Below, one piece after another: positions 62,911 to 64,000 of a stretch of 64,000 nt of DNA. The stretch lies in contig JAAOMT010000134.1 in NCBI GenBank assembly GCA_016748015.1, positions 1,246,757 to 1,310,756 of the forward strand. Reading direction: 5' to 3'. The position numbers and the translations under genes are program-made. Each line of letters opens with the position of its first letter. Position 1 is the first letter of the stretch. The DNA is from Geosiphon pyriformis uo1. Taxonomy: Eukaryota > Fungi > Glomeromycota. The notes beneath the pieces were generated by a model. The model did no database searches and had not been told where the DNA came from. It was given only the letters and a program-made list of their open reading frames with translations.

Positions 62911-64000
62911 TTATCACATGTATTAGCCACTGATGTCATATAATTAGCCNNNNNNNNNNNNNNNNNNNNGCATTCACATACCTTATCTTTTCCCTTTCTT
63001 GATTTGTATTTGTTAGAATTAGTCTGAGAAGCAATTGGCTTGCTCTTGTAATTTATTGAATAAAGAAACAATTGAAAAGTACAATGATACCTGTTATTGA
63101 TTCTAAGAATTGCCAAGTTGAGACATAGAATAATAGCAGTGGTGTTATCTTGTTGACAATCATGGACTATTCCTCTACCTTCAGATTTAAGAAAAGATTA
63201 GTGACTGTGATTTTTATGAGACTGATCACGCACATTGAATTCCTACTTATTCAATTTGCTTCCTTATTGTAATTTCTTCTTTGTTTATTTCCATCACCAT
63301 ACAATACTGTTCTCCCTTGCTATCCATTAGCTTGTTACACCAACCCGTAACAATAAAATTGAATCTTTTTTGATGGTTACAGATGGCATTACCAACCAGA
63401 TGGCTGGTCAAAGAAAAGTCCTGGTAAGAAATATCCCTTTAGGCATCTTAGACAGAGAAGTGGGAGCTGCCATGAAAGAATTTGGTGAGATAAAAAAAGT
63501 CCAAATCAAAGTGGCTGGGAAATAGCAATCAGCAGTGGTTAAATATAACAACCAAGAAGAGGCAGCCAGAGCTGTAAACCAATAGTCAACCATGATCAAA
63601 AAAGATGCAGTCAGAATCTACCCAATAATTAGAACCCAAAAGATTATTGAGCAGAGAAAAACCTGGAAAGCTAAACTAGTAGAGTTACCACAAAATTGTA
63701 CTGCTCACTACTTGAGTATCACTCTGGATTAGATCAAAGCCTGATCTTGCTTCATCCCAAGGACTAGCAAGAATTACACAAGGATGAGCTATGCTTACAT
63801 AGGATTTGACAGTAAAGCTAGTTGCAACAGTACTACCAAAAAGTCTTTAGTAATTGGAGACACACTGGTTCACTGGATGTCTACTGATGCCAAAGAGTGC
63901 CACTTTTGTTACCAGATAGGGCATTTGGTCTCCAAATGTCCAACTCTACATAAAAAAAAAGAGGGAGATATCAAAAGAGTTATCAACAATATTAGATTGG

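Larger units (their letters stand above)
55774..63352 (+). mobile_element. Gypsy copy K, full length, TSD ATAA (LTRs 55774-56509 and 62880-63352)
   Basis: ATAA at 55770-55773 and 63353-63356. PBS at 56516-56532, PPT at 62869-62879. Contains three N gaps. Confidence 0.95.
54609..64000 (+). mobile_element. Second, divergent LINE-type element (ORF1 pseudogene at ~54770-55773 and 63353-64000), split by copy K; runs off the right edge
   Basis: Manual translation from 63353 gives VLVRNIPLG..EFGEIKKV..*QSAVV..KKDAVRIYPI..KAKLVELPQNCTA..CFIPR..CHFCYQIGHLVSKC, which is homologous to the family-1 ORF1. Confidence 0.8.

Overview
The window is eukaryotic, AT-rich and CpG-depleted, and consists entirely of nested, mostly decayed retrotransposons. 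I see no host gene, rRNA, standalone tRNA or CRISPR. The composition and protein style suggest a repeat-rich fungal genome such as Glomeromycotina/Mucoromycota, but this is an impression, not a search result. Three families are present. (1) A Ty3/Gypsy LTR family of about 7.3-7.6 kb, with nine partial or complete copies and three solo LTRs. It has TGTTACGG...CCGTAACA termini and 4-bp NTAN target duplications. Its layout is unusual: Gag with a ~155-aa N-terminal extension; a -1 frameshift at T TTA AAC; PR, a Cys-rich insert, RT and RNase H ending in a conserved stop; integrase as a separate ORF after a 64-66 nt A/C-rich spacer; and a fourth ORF in the env position that reads into the 3' LTR. 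Its PBS matches an elongator tRNA-Met-type 3' end, and the LTR carries split antisense copies of that tRNA's anticodon arm. (2) A ~2.4-kb poly(A)-tailed non-LTR element, seven copies, with 15-16 bp TSDs. It encodes only an ORF1-like protein (RRM-like folds, CCHC knuckle, acidic tail), has no RT, and ends in a structured 3' tail. (3) One divergent LINE ORF1 homolog that runs off the right edge. TSDs allow the nesting order to be reconstructed. Assembly artefacts are a Tn5/Nextera mosaic-end adapter at 19642-19660, three N gaps, and a duplication flanking one gap.
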